A stretch of DNA of 64,000 nucleotides, taken from IMG/VR virus record IMGVR_UViG_2529293038_000017, positions 23,342 to 87,341 of that record; one strand, 5' to 3'. The number at the start of each line of letters is the position of its first letter. The first letter of the stretch is position 1. The notes under the pieces were generated by a model that ran no database searches, was not told where the DNA came from, and saw nothing but the letters and a program-made list of their open reading frames with translations. The translations under genes were made by a program, and so were the position numbers. Below, piece by piece: positions 52,475 to 62,057 of this stretch. The DNA comes from a virus. Taxonomy: Duplodnaviria; Heunggongvirae; Uroviricota; Caudoviricetes.

Positions 52475-53172
52475 AGATTGCTTTAGTTCTTCGCTCTGGT
52501 GGTGACTATAACGCTTCCGATGTGCAGTGGCTGGTTAATCAACTGCCAAAAGACTATGAAATTATTTGCCTGACAGACCTGAAGTGTTTACATGTACCTG
52601 GCGTCAAAGTTATCCCATTGATCAACCAGTGGCAAAAGTGCCGTGGCTGGTGGGCGAAAATCGAGTTGTTCCGACCGGATATAACCGATGATCTGTTCTA
52701 TCTGGATTTGGACACGGTTATTGCCGGTGATATACGCCCAATCCTAGAGCATCCACCAACCAGCTTCACCATGCTTAGGGATTTTTACCATCCACAATAT
52801 CGTGGCAGCGGTGCCCTGTGGATACCAAATAGTGTTAAAGCGCATATCTGGAGTTCATTCTGGCAAGATCCGGAAGGTTGGATTTCTCGTTGTGTCACTA
52901 CTGAGTGCTGGGGTGACCAGGGGTTCTTACGAAAGGTTATGGGCGATGATACACCAGCATTTCAGGATCTGTATCCAGGATGGTTTGTAAGTTACAAGGC
53001 CGATGTTGTGGAACCTGGTTCAAAATATGCGAGCGCGCGTTACTCCAGGGGGAATGGGGCATTACCAAAAGACTGCCGAATAATCTTTTTCCACGGCAAA
53101 CCGCGACCTCGCGAAGTGTCAGAGGATTGGCTTCCCCTTATCAGCTCATTTTTTGAGCGAGAATCAGAATAA
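52471..53172 (+). CDS. putative nucleotide-sugar glycosyltransferase-like protein
   Basis: DxD-like YLDLDTVI after beta-alpha N-terminus; weak. Confidence 0.35.
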
Positions 53173-53173
53173 T

Positions 53174-53240
53174 ATTGCTCTAATAATTCCATATTTTTAA
53201 AACGTGATGTACACTCATCACGTTTTTTATTAGAGCAATC
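53174..53240. promoter_or_regulatory. two inverted C1-type operators flanking a perfect hairpin (terminator-like)
   Basis: ATTGCTCTAATAATTCC (53174..53190), hairpin AAAACGTGATG-TACACT-CATCACGTTTT (53199..53226), TTTTTTATTAGAGCAAT (53224..53240). Confidence 0.6.
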
Positions 53241-53473
53241 TACAAGGTGCACTATGTGGCCATTCCGACGGAAATATCACTACTGGCTGATCGCCTTTGT
53301 TACGCCGACCGGCGGTATCAGGCATGTCATCACCAGGTATCGCAACAAGAGACTCACCTTAGCCAGAATTTTACAGGCTGCCATAGGTGAGGGGCTGGAT
53401 ACAAATTGCGTAGTCCTTCCTCCTTCATACTTAGGAAAAATGACCGAAGCACAAGCTAATACGGAACTTTGAA

Positions 53474-54736
53474 ATGAGCACTTCAGCACAAAACCAATCA
53501 ATCGAAAATGTATCTATCCCTGACGTCCTGAATGCCGGTATCCCGGCCATTATCCAGAACATCCGGGCCGCGCAACGCCGCGTTAGTTGTGATGACCTCA
53601 CAGCGCGTTTTTTTGATAATGCGGTTCAGTCAGCGGAGATGCTTCACGCACAGCTTATTGATGTTTATAACGCAGAAGCTGATAGCCATAACTCCCTGGT
53701 AGATGCAGCTGAAAATATGCAGTTGGATCTCGGTCTGAAGGGTAAAGAAATTGAAGAGCTTCAGCTGGAAATTGAACATTTGAAACGCCAGCAACAGGAC
53801 GCGATCGACGATGCGACGCATGACGCCAACCAGCGTGCTGATAATGCCGAACGTATAAGCATTGAGCTGGAAACAAAACTCAATGAAATGACCGCGATGG
53901 TTGAACTGCGGAACTCACAGATTTCAACGCTAAAATCTCAATATAAAGAGATCATGAAACTTGATCCTTTTAACCTTGAGAAACGCTATAACAAAGCTAA
54001 AAGCGAGCGACAGGAACTGCGTAAGCAGGTCGCCGACCTTAACCAACAGCTCAAAAAAACTATTAAAGATGCAAGCGAGGCGCGCGTGGCATTTGCTAAT
54101 AAAAAAGCAGAGGTTACCGCGCTGGTTAATGAGAATGCCAAATTTGCGACGCTCAAGAAGGAAATGTATGGCATTACTGAGCGCCGTTTCCCTGCAAGCA
54201 AACTTCATCCGACGTTAGGGCAAATCTCCTTCTTCCCGCGCCTCCTGGCTTATGGGATCTCATCGCCTAAAGAGTTCAATAACGAGCGTCCTTATATCGT
54301 TTCTAAGCTGGACTTTGCTTATCAGTTCTGCTGCGACATGGGCTATGCCATTGATATCCGGATCAACGAATGGTTGATGCCAAACTTCCAGCCGTTGGCC
54401 ATTTTCCGCGAGTTCCAGCCGGAAGGTTGGGTAGAGTTCTTCCATGAATTGATCTGTAAAGAGATGGAAAGCCGCCGCCCGGAACTGGTCCGTCGAGTTG
54501 AGTGGGCGCAAGAGGTTATGTTGGCAGAGGCAGAGCTGCCGTTCGAACCGGAATTTATTGATGATCTGGCAGCTAAAGGGCTGCATACCCTGTTTGATGT
54601 GGTTACCCGCCGTCATGAGCAGTTGGTTGTCGAATTGGGTTTAGAGGAAACAGCGGCAAGAAGACTTCTCGATGTTTGCTATGCACGTAGCGATGCATGG
54701 GAAAAAGAGAACGGCGGCACTATTTACGTTCGCTGA
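53474..54736 (+). CDS. coiled-coil protein with conserved C-terminal globular domain (420 aa)
   Basis: Central heptad-rich region; gene directly downstream of operator pair. Confidence 0.55.
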   Translation: MSTSAQNQSIENVSIPDVLNAGIPAIIQNIRAAQRRVSCDDLTARFFDNAVQSAEMLHAQLIDVYNAEADSHNSLVDAAENMQLDLGLKGKEIEELQLEIEHLKRQQQDAIDDATHDANQRADNAERISIELETKLNEMTAMVELRNSQISTLKSQYKEIMKLDPFNLEKRYNKAKSERQELRKQVADLNQQLKKTIKDASEARVAFANKKAEVTALVNENAKFATLKKEMYGITERRFPASKLHPTLGQISFFPRLLAYGISSPKEFNNERPYIVSKLDFAYQFCCDMGYAIDIRINEWLMPNFQPLAIFREFQPEGWVEFFHELICKEMESRRPELVRRVEWAQEVMLAEAELPFEPEFIDDLAAKGLHTLFDVVTRRHEQLVVELGLEETAARRLLDVCYARSDAWEKENGGTIYVR

Positions 54737-54808
54737 CAGTTACAGTGTCACTTTTAATGCTGGTGGAGTGCGCCCACCAGCATTTTTTTCGTCCAATGAG
54801 GAGGGCAT

Positions 54809-55315
54809 TTGAGTATTTTCAATAAACACGCACACCAGGAACGTCCGTATATCGTCATAGTCGATATTGATGGAACAATATCAGAGGCAACTGAAGACAG
54901 ACTGCATTTGCTTCCGCCACCAGGTAAAGGTGCATTAACAAAGGACTGGAACGAGTTTAATCTCGCCTGTGACACCGATACTCCCATCACTCCAGTTATT
55001 GATATGGTGCGCCAGTTATTTAACGTTTACACGGTCTGGTTTGTAACCGGGCGCTGTGAGATCGCAAGGGATAAAACACGAGCTTGGCTGCGGAAGTACG
55101 TAACAAACGGGGCTGAGCCTTTGCTATCTATGCGTCCTGCCACCGATGACAGAAATGACGGCCCAGCAAAGATTGATCTCCTTAAGAAAATTGGTCTAAG
55201 TAAAATCGCGTTCGCGCTGGAAGATAAGATTGAAGTGGCGCGTGTTTTCAGGAGTCACGGCGTACTTACGTTAATGGTCAGGGAGTATGAAAACGCGCTT
55301 CTTCATCAGCAATAA
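54809..55315 (+). CDS. HAD-superfamily phosphatase-like protein
   Basis: Motif I IVIVDIDGTISE; TTG start in track after GAGGAGGG. Confidence 0.45.
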   Translation: MSIFNKHAHQERPYIVIVDIDGTISEATEDRLHLLPPPGKGALTKDWNEFNLACDTDTPITPVIDMVRQLFNVYTVWFVTGRCEIARDKTRAWLRKYVTNGAEPLLSMRPATDDRNDGPAKIDLLKKIGLSKIAFALEDKIEVARVFRSHGVLTLMVREYENALLHQQ

Positions 55316-55331
55316 TTGCTCTAATAAATCT
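55315..55331 (+). promoter_or_regulatory. C1-type operator
   Basis: ATTGCTCTAATAAATCT, 1 mismatch. Confidence 0.6.
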
Positions 55332-55413
55332 TGATTTTTAAAACAGAGAAAGTGAAAATAAAAACATGCCGCAAGGCGCGGCATGTATCCAATCAATCAC
55401 AGGAGCTGAAAAT

Positions 55414-55500
55414 ATGAACACGGCATTCAAAATCATTATGGCCGCGATCTATTTCTGGCTGTTCTCTATCACTTTTGGCGGCATCGTCGCGCATGGGTAA
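55414..55500 (+). CDS. 28-aa hydrophobic peptide (candidate small membrane protein/toxin-like)
   Basis: MNTAFKIIMAAIYFWLFSITFGGIVAHG; AGGAG 9 nt upstream; below track cutoff. Confidence 0.3.
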   Translation: MNTAFKIIMAAIYFWLFSITFGGIVAHG

Positions 55501-55509
55501 GGGGGATGC

Positions 55510-56235
55510 ATGAAAGGCGAAGTGAAAGAGCGCGGCATGATTTTCAACGATGAGATGGTCCGGTCCATCCTCGAAGGAAGGAAGACGCAGACGCGGCGGA
55601 TAATGAAAAATCAGCCTGCGGAAGTTGGTCCAGAAGCACCAGTGATGGTTAGAAAAATTGGTGCAGGTTTTCAGTGGTACGCGGCTGATGGTGAAAGCAG
55701 TGTTTTCAATTGCCCCTTTGGTATCGTCGGTGATCGAATTTGGGTTCGTGAAACATGGGCGATATTAGGCAATGAGGATGGTTGCAGTGTGGACTGGAAC
55801 GACAACCTTTGTCGTGGCGATGAGCAGAATGCAGCAAGGATTTATCGGGCCAGTTGTGAGCAAAAGCCTGGTGATTACGGTTTATGGTCGATACCCGATG
55901 ATGCCGACTGGAAACCTCACACTGTGAATGAAAAGTTTGATGGTGGGTGGCGTCCATCAATTCACATGCCGCGATGGGCATCACGCATCCTGTTGGAAAT
56001 TACCAACGTGCGCGTTGAGCGGTTGAACGATATCAGCGAATGCGATGCAAGGGATGAGGGCGTTCCGCCTGCTGGAAGTTTGCTTCCTGATCACCCGGGA
56101 ACATTCCTTACTCCCAAGGGGGATTTCGCAATGGCCAAGGTTGCGTTCCAGCGCCTGTGGGAATCCATCTACGGCGAAGAAAGCTGGAGTGCTAATCCCT
56201 GGGTTTGGGTAATCGAGTTTGAGCGTATTCAGTAG
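55510..56235 (+). CDS. protein with RKTQTRR / GDRIWVRETW motifs (ASCH-like?)
   Basis: 241 aa; family call is low-confidence recollection. Confidence 0.5.
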   Translation: MKGEVKERGMIFNDEMVRSILEGRKTQTRRIMKNQPAEVGPEAPVMVRKIGAGFQWYAADGESSVFNCPFGIVGDRIWVRETWAILGNEDGCSVDWNDNLCRGDEQNAARIYRASCEQKPGDYGLWSIPDDADWKPHTVNEKFDGGWRPSIHMPRWASRILLEITNVRVERLNDISECDARDEGVPPAGSLLPDHPGTFLTPKGDFAMAKVAFQRLWESIYGEESWSANPWVWVIEFERIQ

Positions 56236-56244
56236 GGCGAGCGT

Positions 56245-56466
56245 ATGCAATCAGTTATTTGTGAGGAAGTCGGCCTGAATAAAGCATCCCCAGCAGAGTT
56301 AAGAGCAAGTCTCGAAATGGCGCATAGCCTTGCTCAAATTGGTGTCAGGTTTGTACCAATTCCAGTTGAAACAGATGAAGAGTTTCACAGGTTAGCGGCA
56401 TCGGCAGCACAAAAGCTGGAAATCATGGCAGCGAAAGTAGAGAAAGCTGAAGGAGCGACAAAATGA
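56245..56466 (+). CDS. hypothetical protein (73 aa)
   Basis: ORF in operon. Confidence 0.4.
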   Translation: MQSVICEEVGLNKASPAELRASLEMAHSLAQIGVRFVPIPVETDEEFHRLAASAAQKLEIMAAKVEKAEGATK

Positions 56467-56678
56467 GCAAGCCAACCGACGAAGAAATAGTTCGGGTGTT
56501 GGAAGAACACGGGCGCTGTATGACTTACGTCGTGACCAACTGGCTTAGGGATAAATATCGCACACTCAAAACGGCATACGTTTTGCGTCGTCTAAAAAAA
56601 CTGGAGTTCGACGGGAAAGTAAAGCGCGTTAACAGTTCTTATATAAGACAAATTTGCTGGGAGGCATCCAGTGAGTAA
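56463..56678 (+). CDS. small basic protein, possible winged-helix regulator (71 aa)
   Basis: ORF overlapping stop/start. Confidence 0.4.
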   Translation: MSKPTDEEIVRVLEEHGRCMTYVVTNWLRDKYRTLKTAYVLRRLKKLEFDGKVKRVNSSYIRQICWEASSE

Positions 56679-57315
56679 CCGTTTTTACATGATGTGCTTG
56701 CGTGAAACTGTGGGTAATAACGCCTCATTCCATTGCCATAACGGCAATGGTTACAGTTCTGATATCGATCGCGCTCATGTTTACACGCTGGAAGAAGCCC
56801 AAAAAGCCTGGAATTGTGGGCGAGATATCGATCAGCCTGTTTGTGCCGATAGTGTGGATGCAATGGCTGTGTGGCACGTTGATTGCCAGTACATCCCTAC
56901 AGAAAGCCTGATTGAGTCAGATTGCACTGCGTATGTGGCCTACAAAAAAGGTAGCTGGAACGGCAACGATGTTTACTGGCTTCAACACGGTGGATTGCCA
57001 ACAGATGACTTCAGTAAAGCGACCATCTTTAGCGTCGCCAACAAAAACGAACCAGGAATAGTTTGGTTGCCATTTTCCATTGCTGATGCAGCAAAGCGCC
57101 GGACGTTCAATATCAATAACTTTAACCGCAGAACAATGGTTCAGGGCGCAGGTTTGGTCATGCCTGACTGGTTGAAAAAGCAGAACAGAAGAAAGAAGTC
57201 GCGAAGCGGGAAGGTGCGTTGGAATTGTCCGCATTGCGGAAAAATCACCTGGCAGTACAACCCATATGATTTTGAAGGCTGTAGTGATTACAACTGTGAA
57301 GGATGGCGAGAATGA
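56671..57315 (+). CDS. Cys-rich protein (214 aa)
   Basis: CPHCGK...C..YNCEGW and other Cys pairs. Confidence 0.45.
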   Translation: MSNRFYMMCLRETVGNNASFHCHNGNGYSSDIDRAHVYTLEEAQKAWNCGRDIDQPVCADSVDAMAVWHVDCQYIPTESLIESDCTAYVAYKKGSWNGNDVYWLQHGGLPTDDFSKATIFSVANKNEPGIVWLPFSIADAAKRRTFNINNFNRRTMVQGAGLVMPDWLKKQNRRKKSRSGKVRWNCPHCGKITWQYNPYDFEGCSDYNCEGWRE

Positions 57316-57995
57316 CAATTGACTATCAGGTACTGCGCGAGGCGGCGGAACAGGCAACGCAAGATGAATGGGTAGCATATATTTTGCCGGGCCAAAACGG
57401 CACTTATCCTGCGCATACGTCTGAGGGTAGGCATTGCGGATACTTTATTGACTGGCCTGGCATTGATGGACAGAGAAACGCTGGTGCCAATGCCCGTTAT
57501 ATCGCGGCTATCCCACCCAAAGTTGTGCTGGCTCTACTGGATGAAATTAAGCGCCTGGAGGACACAAATATTGATGCTATGTGTCGAATTGCAGAGCTTG
57601 AGACTAATCTCGCGGCGCTGGTGGCGGAGAATGTGGGGCTAAAGGCGATATGTGATGACCGTCGCAGGTTCATCATGAATGGGGTGCAGATGGGTTATAT
57701 CAAGGTGCCAGCAGCGGAAACAGATCCAGACCTTGAGACAATTCGCATTGCTATATCACCACAAAAGCCCATTCCAGCCACTGATGCTTTCCTGTCTGAA
57801 GTGCGGGCGCAGGGGGTGGATGCTGCTATAGAAGCTGCAAAAAATCTGGTGGTCCAAGAATATGAGTATAAGGATTTCAAAGCGGCGCAGAGTGATTGCT
57901 GTATGCACCCTGGTTCAGACCTGGTAGGGAAGGTTGAAATGACTGAGTGGTTAGTTGACTTTGCTGCCCAGCTTCGCAAAGGAGGCAGCCAGTGA
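57303..57995 (+). CDS. Ead/Ea22-like protein, paralogue A
   Basis: N-terminus DYQVLREAAEQATQDEW shared with next ORF. Confidence 0.5.
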   Translation: MARMTIDYQVLREAAEQATQDEWVAYILPGQNGTYPAHTSEGRHCGYFIDWPGIDGQRNAGANARYIAAIPPKVVLALLDEIKRLEDTNIDAMCRIAELETNLAALVAENVGLKAICDDRRRFIMNGVQMGYIKVPAAETDPDLETIRIAISPQKPIPATDAFLSEVRAQGVDAAIEAAKNLVVQEYEYKDFKAAQSDCCMHPGSDLVGKVEMTEWLVDFAAQLRKGGSQ

Positions 57996-58408
57996 GCAAA
58001 ATTGACCATCAGGCACTGCGTGAGGCGGCAGAGCAGGCAATGCATGACGACTGGGGATTTGACGCGGACCTTTTCCATGAGCTGGTAACACCATCGATTG
58101 TGCTGGAACTGCTGGATGAACGGGAAAGAAACCTGCAATACATCAAAAGCCGCGATCAGGAGAACGAGGATATTGCGCTAACGGTAGGGAAGCTGCGCGT
58201 TGAGCTTGAAGCAGAAAAACAGCGGGCAAAAGTTCTATTTATGGAAAATGCTCGGCTTAAGTCAGGCATAGCCGGTCTGATACACCTCGGTATTCGATAT
58301 GCAGATGTTGAGGTCATGAAAATTGCTGGAGATGCCCAGCTTTCTACCCCATGCACTGACAGCATCATAAACAGCATTGCAACAGGCATTCGCATCAAAG
58401 GAGAGTGA
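57992..58408 (+). CDS. Ead/Ea22-like protein, paralogue B
   Basis: N-terminus DHQALREAAEQAMHDDW. Confidence 0.5.
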   Translation: MSKIDHQALREAAEQAMHDDWGFDADLFHELVTPSIVLELLDERERNLQYIKSRDQENEDIALTVGKLRVELEAEKQRAKVLFMENARLKSGIAGLIHLGIRYADVEVMKIAGDAQLSTPCTDSIINSIATGIRIKGE

Positions 58409-58409
58409 T

Positions 58410-58925
58410 ATGGCGTTAACACACCACGAACTCTGTCAGATTGCGTACAAGTTCCTTAAGCGCAACGGGTTCAAGGTTTGCTTTCATGACCGCTTTGTTG
58501 CTGTAACCAGTACCGGAGAACAGCCAGATGCTATGGGATTCAGAAATTCAGCATCATGCCTGATAGAGGCGAAGTGTTCTCGTGCTGACTTGTTGGCAGA
58601 TAGAAAAAAGCGTTTCCGTAAAAATCCCTCACTTGGCATGGGCGACTGGCGATTCTTTATTAGTGAGCCGGAAATTATTTCAGTTGAGGATTTACCTCCC
58701 GGCTGGGGATTACTTCACGTTGTTAACGGAAGAGTACGGAAAGTACATGGGTGGCCCAAGGGTAATTGCTGTTGGGGTAATCCTGACGATAAGCCATTTA
58801 CTGGAAATAAGCAGGTTGAATGCGATTACATGTTATCTGCATTAAGGCGCATGGAGTTGAGAGGGCACCTTAATGAAATATATGACGGTGTAATTGTTAA
58901 TAAGAAAGAAGGAAACGCAGCATGA
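58410..58925 (+). CDS. PD-(D/E)xK nuclease-fold protein candidate
   Basis: Start at ATG 58410 (AAAGGAGAG upstream); GEQPDAMGF...CLIEAKCS. Confidence 0.4.
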   Translation: MALTHHELCQIAYKFLKRNGFKVCFHDRFVAVTSTGEQPDAMGFRNSASCLIEAKCSRADLLADRKKRFRKNPSLGMGDWRFFISEPEIISVEDLPPGWGLLHVVNGRVRKVHGWPKGNCCWGNPDDKPFTGNKQVECDYMLSALRRMELRGHLNEIYDGVIVNKKEGNAA

Positions 58926-59308
58926 TCACTATTACCAAAGAACGCCTGCTGACAATCCAGCAGTGGCGCGAAACATACGGACCTGGTAGCAACGTTGTAC
59001 TGCCAGCAGAAGAAGCGGAAGAACTGGCACGAATTGCTCTGGCATCGCTGGAAGCAAAACCAATAGGTGCATTCCACATTGCAGAACAGCAAGTTGACGG
59101 CACAAGTGACTACATCAAGGATGGGGAGTGGCCTATTGATAATGGAATTATTGAGGTCTACGCCGCTCCCCCCGTTCCAGTAGTACCGGAAGAAAAACCA
59201 ATGCCTAATCCTCTTAGCATGTACGCGGTTGATGCTGTTGCCGCTATTGCAGAGGTAAGAGGCTGGAATGCCTGCCGCGCGGCTATGCTTCATGGGAAAG
59301 GAAAGTGA
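58922..59308 (+). CDS. hypothetical protein, paralogous to N-region of 59741..61012
   Basis: Shares ALASLEA(K/E)P and VYAA(P/A)P..VVP with the DUF551-like protein. Confidence 0.45.
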   Translation: MITITKERLLTIQQWRETYGPGSNVVLPAEEAEELARIALASLEAKPIGAFHIAEQQVDGTSDYIKDGEWPIDNGIIEVYAAPPVPVVPEEKPMPNPLSMYAVDAVAAIAEVRGWNACRAAMLHGKGK

Positions 59309-59531
59309 TATGGCTAACTCATTACTTGAAACCTGCAACAACTGGCAGATTCAGAGGGCGGAGATTTTATCTCACAATCCAGATATGGCAATGACAATTG
59401 ATAATCTGGACACGCTAATTGAACGGACCGTGCGTTCTGCAATTGATATAGCACATCGAGTGGATTGGGATTTCAGAGAAGCGGAGCGGCTTGCTAAAGA
59501 GCAGGAGAAAGCAGCGGGTAAAGGAGACTGA
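59268..59531 (+). CDS. hypothetical protein (likely start at 59313, MANSLLE)
   Basis: ORF in operon. Confidence 0.4.
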   Translation: MPAARLCFMGKESDMANSLLETCNNWQIQRAEILSHNPDMAMTIDNLDTLIERTVRSAIDIAHRVDWDFREAERLAKEQEKAAGKGD

Positions 59532-59730
59532 TATGGATAAAAACACCACTGCTTACTGGAATCTGTCACTTGATACCGAATGCCCAAAATGCGGTCACAA
59601 TTTCGATCTGCTTTGTGATCCAGATTTCTGGGAATTTTCTGGAGCAAAACAGGCATGTGAAGAAATAAAAGGTTACGAAACATGCTGTCCAGAATGTAAC
59701 CATGAATTTAAAACAGATTTTGTGTATTGA
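59491..59730 (+). CDS. zinc-ribbon protein (likely start at 59533, MDKNTT)
   Basis: CPKCGH...CCPECNH. Confidence 0.45.
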   Translation: MLKSRRKQRVKETDMDKNTTAYWNLSLDTECPKCGHNFDLLCDPDFWEFSGAKQACEEIKGYETCCPECNHEFKTDFVY

Positions 59731-59740
59731 GGCATAACGA

Positions 59741-61012
59741 ATGACCACTTTTACTAAAGAACAATTAATAGAGATGATTAAGCGCAATATAACGGTTATG
59801 GATCGTTATCCTGATTTAGTAACTGCACAAATGGATCTGGAAGTATACAAAATTGCGCTGGCATCACTGGAAGCAGAACCAGTTGCTTATATTTTCAAAC
59901 ATCCGGCCGGGAAATTATTCTGGGCTTTAACGGATGAAAGCAATAAAGAGCAAGCGGACGTTATTCCTGTTTATGCTGCCGCGCCTGCGTCGGTTGTGCC
60001 GGATAATGCATCAGAGCCTCTTGCTTATGCTTACAAAGAGCTTACGCCTGAGATTATGCGCAACCATTTAGCTGTATTCGAGCGATATGGAATAGCCCCA
60101 AACGATAGCTCTACCACAATTCAGGCACTGCGAATCGCGCTGGATGGTATAGAGCGGAGCGACGCCATGCTTCAGTCCGGAAACTTTCGGGAAAACAAGA
60201 ATTCGTCAACCAATAATTTTCGGGAAATCGCGGAAACGTCAACCAACTATCCGGTAATTCCTAGTGAGGTGTTGTCCGCAATCCTGAAGGTTGCCAAGAT
60301 TCGTGCCGATTTCGATGATTTTGACGGTGACAGGCGAGGTATCGATGATTGTCTGGATGAGGCTGAGCAAGAGCTTATCGTTACCATTAACAAATATGCC
60401 AGTCAGTTGGCAGCAGAACCGATAGCGACTAATGACGTTCGAGAGCAAACAGCCGTTCCGCCAGTTCCGGTAATGCAGGCTGATGTCGCGCAGGCAATTG
60501 AAAAACTCAAACGGAAATTAGTGGAATGCAATCGCTATAACTACTGTGCAGATGCAGTTAAAGGCGTAGAGGATGCCTGCCGTGCTGTTAGCTATAGCCA
60601 AGCCGACAATCAGCCAGCATCTGGCAACCAGGCTGCCGAATCCAATCGCGATAATGAGTGGACTGGCAATCCTGATATTGATAACGCCATCATCATGCTC
60701 GACCGCATAGATACGCTGGAAAATTGCGATGATGACCGTATTGAGGCTGTTAAGGCTGTTTTGCGTAGACTGGCTGGCAACTATCCGGTAATTCCGGATG
60801 GTTGGATAAGCTGTAGTGAGCGAATGCCTGAGAACATTCCCGGAAGTTGTAAAGAGTATCTGGTGTTTGATGGGCTTAATAATAAAGTTCATCACGATTA
60901 CTGGGTTGTCCCTGATGGAGACAGTGCGCCAGTTGCGTCGTTCTGGAATCATTACGGGGCACATGTAACTCACTGGATGCCTCTACCAGAACCGCCGCAG
61001 GAGGCGAAATGA
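59741..61012 (+). CDS. protein with C-terminal DUF551-like domain (423 aa)
   Basis: C-terminus W..CSERMPE...HVTHWMPLPEPP. Confidence 0.5.
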   Translation: MTTFTKEQLIEMIKRNITVMDRYPDLVTAQMDLEVYKIALASLEAEPVAYIFKHPAGKLFWALTDESNKEQADVIPVYAAAPASVVPDNASEPLAYAYKELTPEIMRNHLAVFERYGIAPNDSSTTIQALRIALDGIERSDAMLQSGNFRENKNSSTNNFREIAETSTNYPVIPSEVLSAILKVAKIRADFDDFDGDRRGIDDCLDEAEQELIVTINKYASQLAAEPIATNDVREQTAVPPVPVMQADVAQAIEKLKRKLVECNRYNYCADAVKGVEDACRAVSYSQADNQPASGNQAAESNRDNEWTGNPDIDNAIIMLDRIDTLENCDDDRIEAVKAVLRRLAGNYPVIPDGWISCSERMPENIPGSCKEYLVFDGLNNKVHHDYWVVPDGDSAPVASFWNHYGAHVTHWMPLPEPPQEAK

Positions 61013-61269
61013 TGGATGTAAAAGAGAAGGTTTTGCAGGTGATGCGTTCCCGGGCTGCCCTGCAAGATAAAGCTCTCGTCGGGAAATATCCATTCAGGAT
61101 GGCAACCTGGAATCTGCGGTTGGCAATGGAGAAGGAATTTCCTGATGAAGAATGGCGTTCGGCAGATTTGCGCAAAATTCTTATGGAGATGGCTAAAGAT
61201 GGAACAGTATCCAAAGATACCCATGCCAGCCGGATTGGTCAGGCGGTATGGAGACTGGAGGTGAGGTAA
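61009..61269 (+). CDS. hypothetical protein (86 aa)
   Basis: ORF in operon. Confidence 0.45.
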   Translation: MMDVKEKVLQVMRSRAALQDKALVGKYPFRMATWNLRLAMEKEFPDEEWRSADLRKILMEMAKDGTVSKDTHASRIGQAVWRLEVR

Positions 61270-61345
61270 TAAGCTGGCCTGAAGCATTTGCGATTGTAGG
61301 CGTAGCTATGGCGATTGCCGCTATTTTTATCTTCTGGGGGTAACG

Positions 61346-61579
61346 ATGGGAAAATTAACTTTTGTAGTCGAATTTGAGGATGGCAAAGAGCCACCTGTTA
61401 GCGCCAATCTTGATGTTGCTGGTGGCAGGCTGGTTTCGGTTCTATTTGGTGATTACCGCGACGACTTCTTTCAGCCTGAAGAAGTTGATGTAGTGCGAGA
61501 AGCATTAAACGAGCTAAGTGTTGATAACGATGATGCTCATGCGGAAATCATCAAAAAAATGGAACTGCTAACTCACTAA
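61346..61579 (+). CDS. acidic hypothetical protein (77 aa)
   Basis: ORF in operon. Confidence 0.45.
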   Translation: MGKLTFVVEFEDGKEPPVSANLDVAGGRLVSVLFGDYRDDFFQPEEVDVVREALNELSVDNDDAHAEIIKKMELLTH

Positions 61580-61661
61580 ATTATCAATTATGGTGCTATC
61601 ACCTACGACACCGAGAGAAAATTTATAATGTCAAAAGTAAATGTTTTGATTTTTTCAGCAA

Positions 61662-62051
61662 TTGTTGGCTTTGGTTTTACTGCCGGAGTGCAGATTTATA
61701 TTACGTGGGAAAAAATCATCAACTACGCATGGAGTTGTTTTATTAAGTGAGGTAAGTATGTGGAGAGGTAATAATCATGGCAAAAGCCAGATGATACTTA
61801 CCGAATATAAGCTAGACCACAAAACCAATAAATCACGCTCAGTATATTTGCTCCGGCACAATAGCCGCGTAAGAAATACCGTGCTGGAACAAAATCTGAC
61901 AGTTGAAATGGATAATTGCGGGGGATTCAAGCCAACAATTTCGCTTGATGATTTTCCTCGTGGTTTAAGCGAAAGAGAAGCAATGCTGAAATTAGCAGAA
62001 TGGCTACAAAGATTAAGCATTGCTATTGAAGATAACTGGTCTGAACCTTAA
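61662..62051 (+). CDS. hypothetical protein (start possibly 61758)
   Basis: ORF in track. Confidence 0.4.
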   Translation: MLALVLLPECRFILRGKKSSTTHGVVLLSEVSMWRGNNHGKSQMILTEYKLDHKTNKSRSVYLLRHNSRVRNTVLEQNLTVEMDNCGGFKPTISLDDFPRGLSEREAMLKLAEWLQRLSIAIEDNWSEP

Positions 62052-62057
62052 ATTTAT

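Noticed and set aside
61308-61343. 11-codon hydrophobic micro-ORF (MAIAAIFIFWG)
   Set aside because: Too short and no RBS; likely chance.
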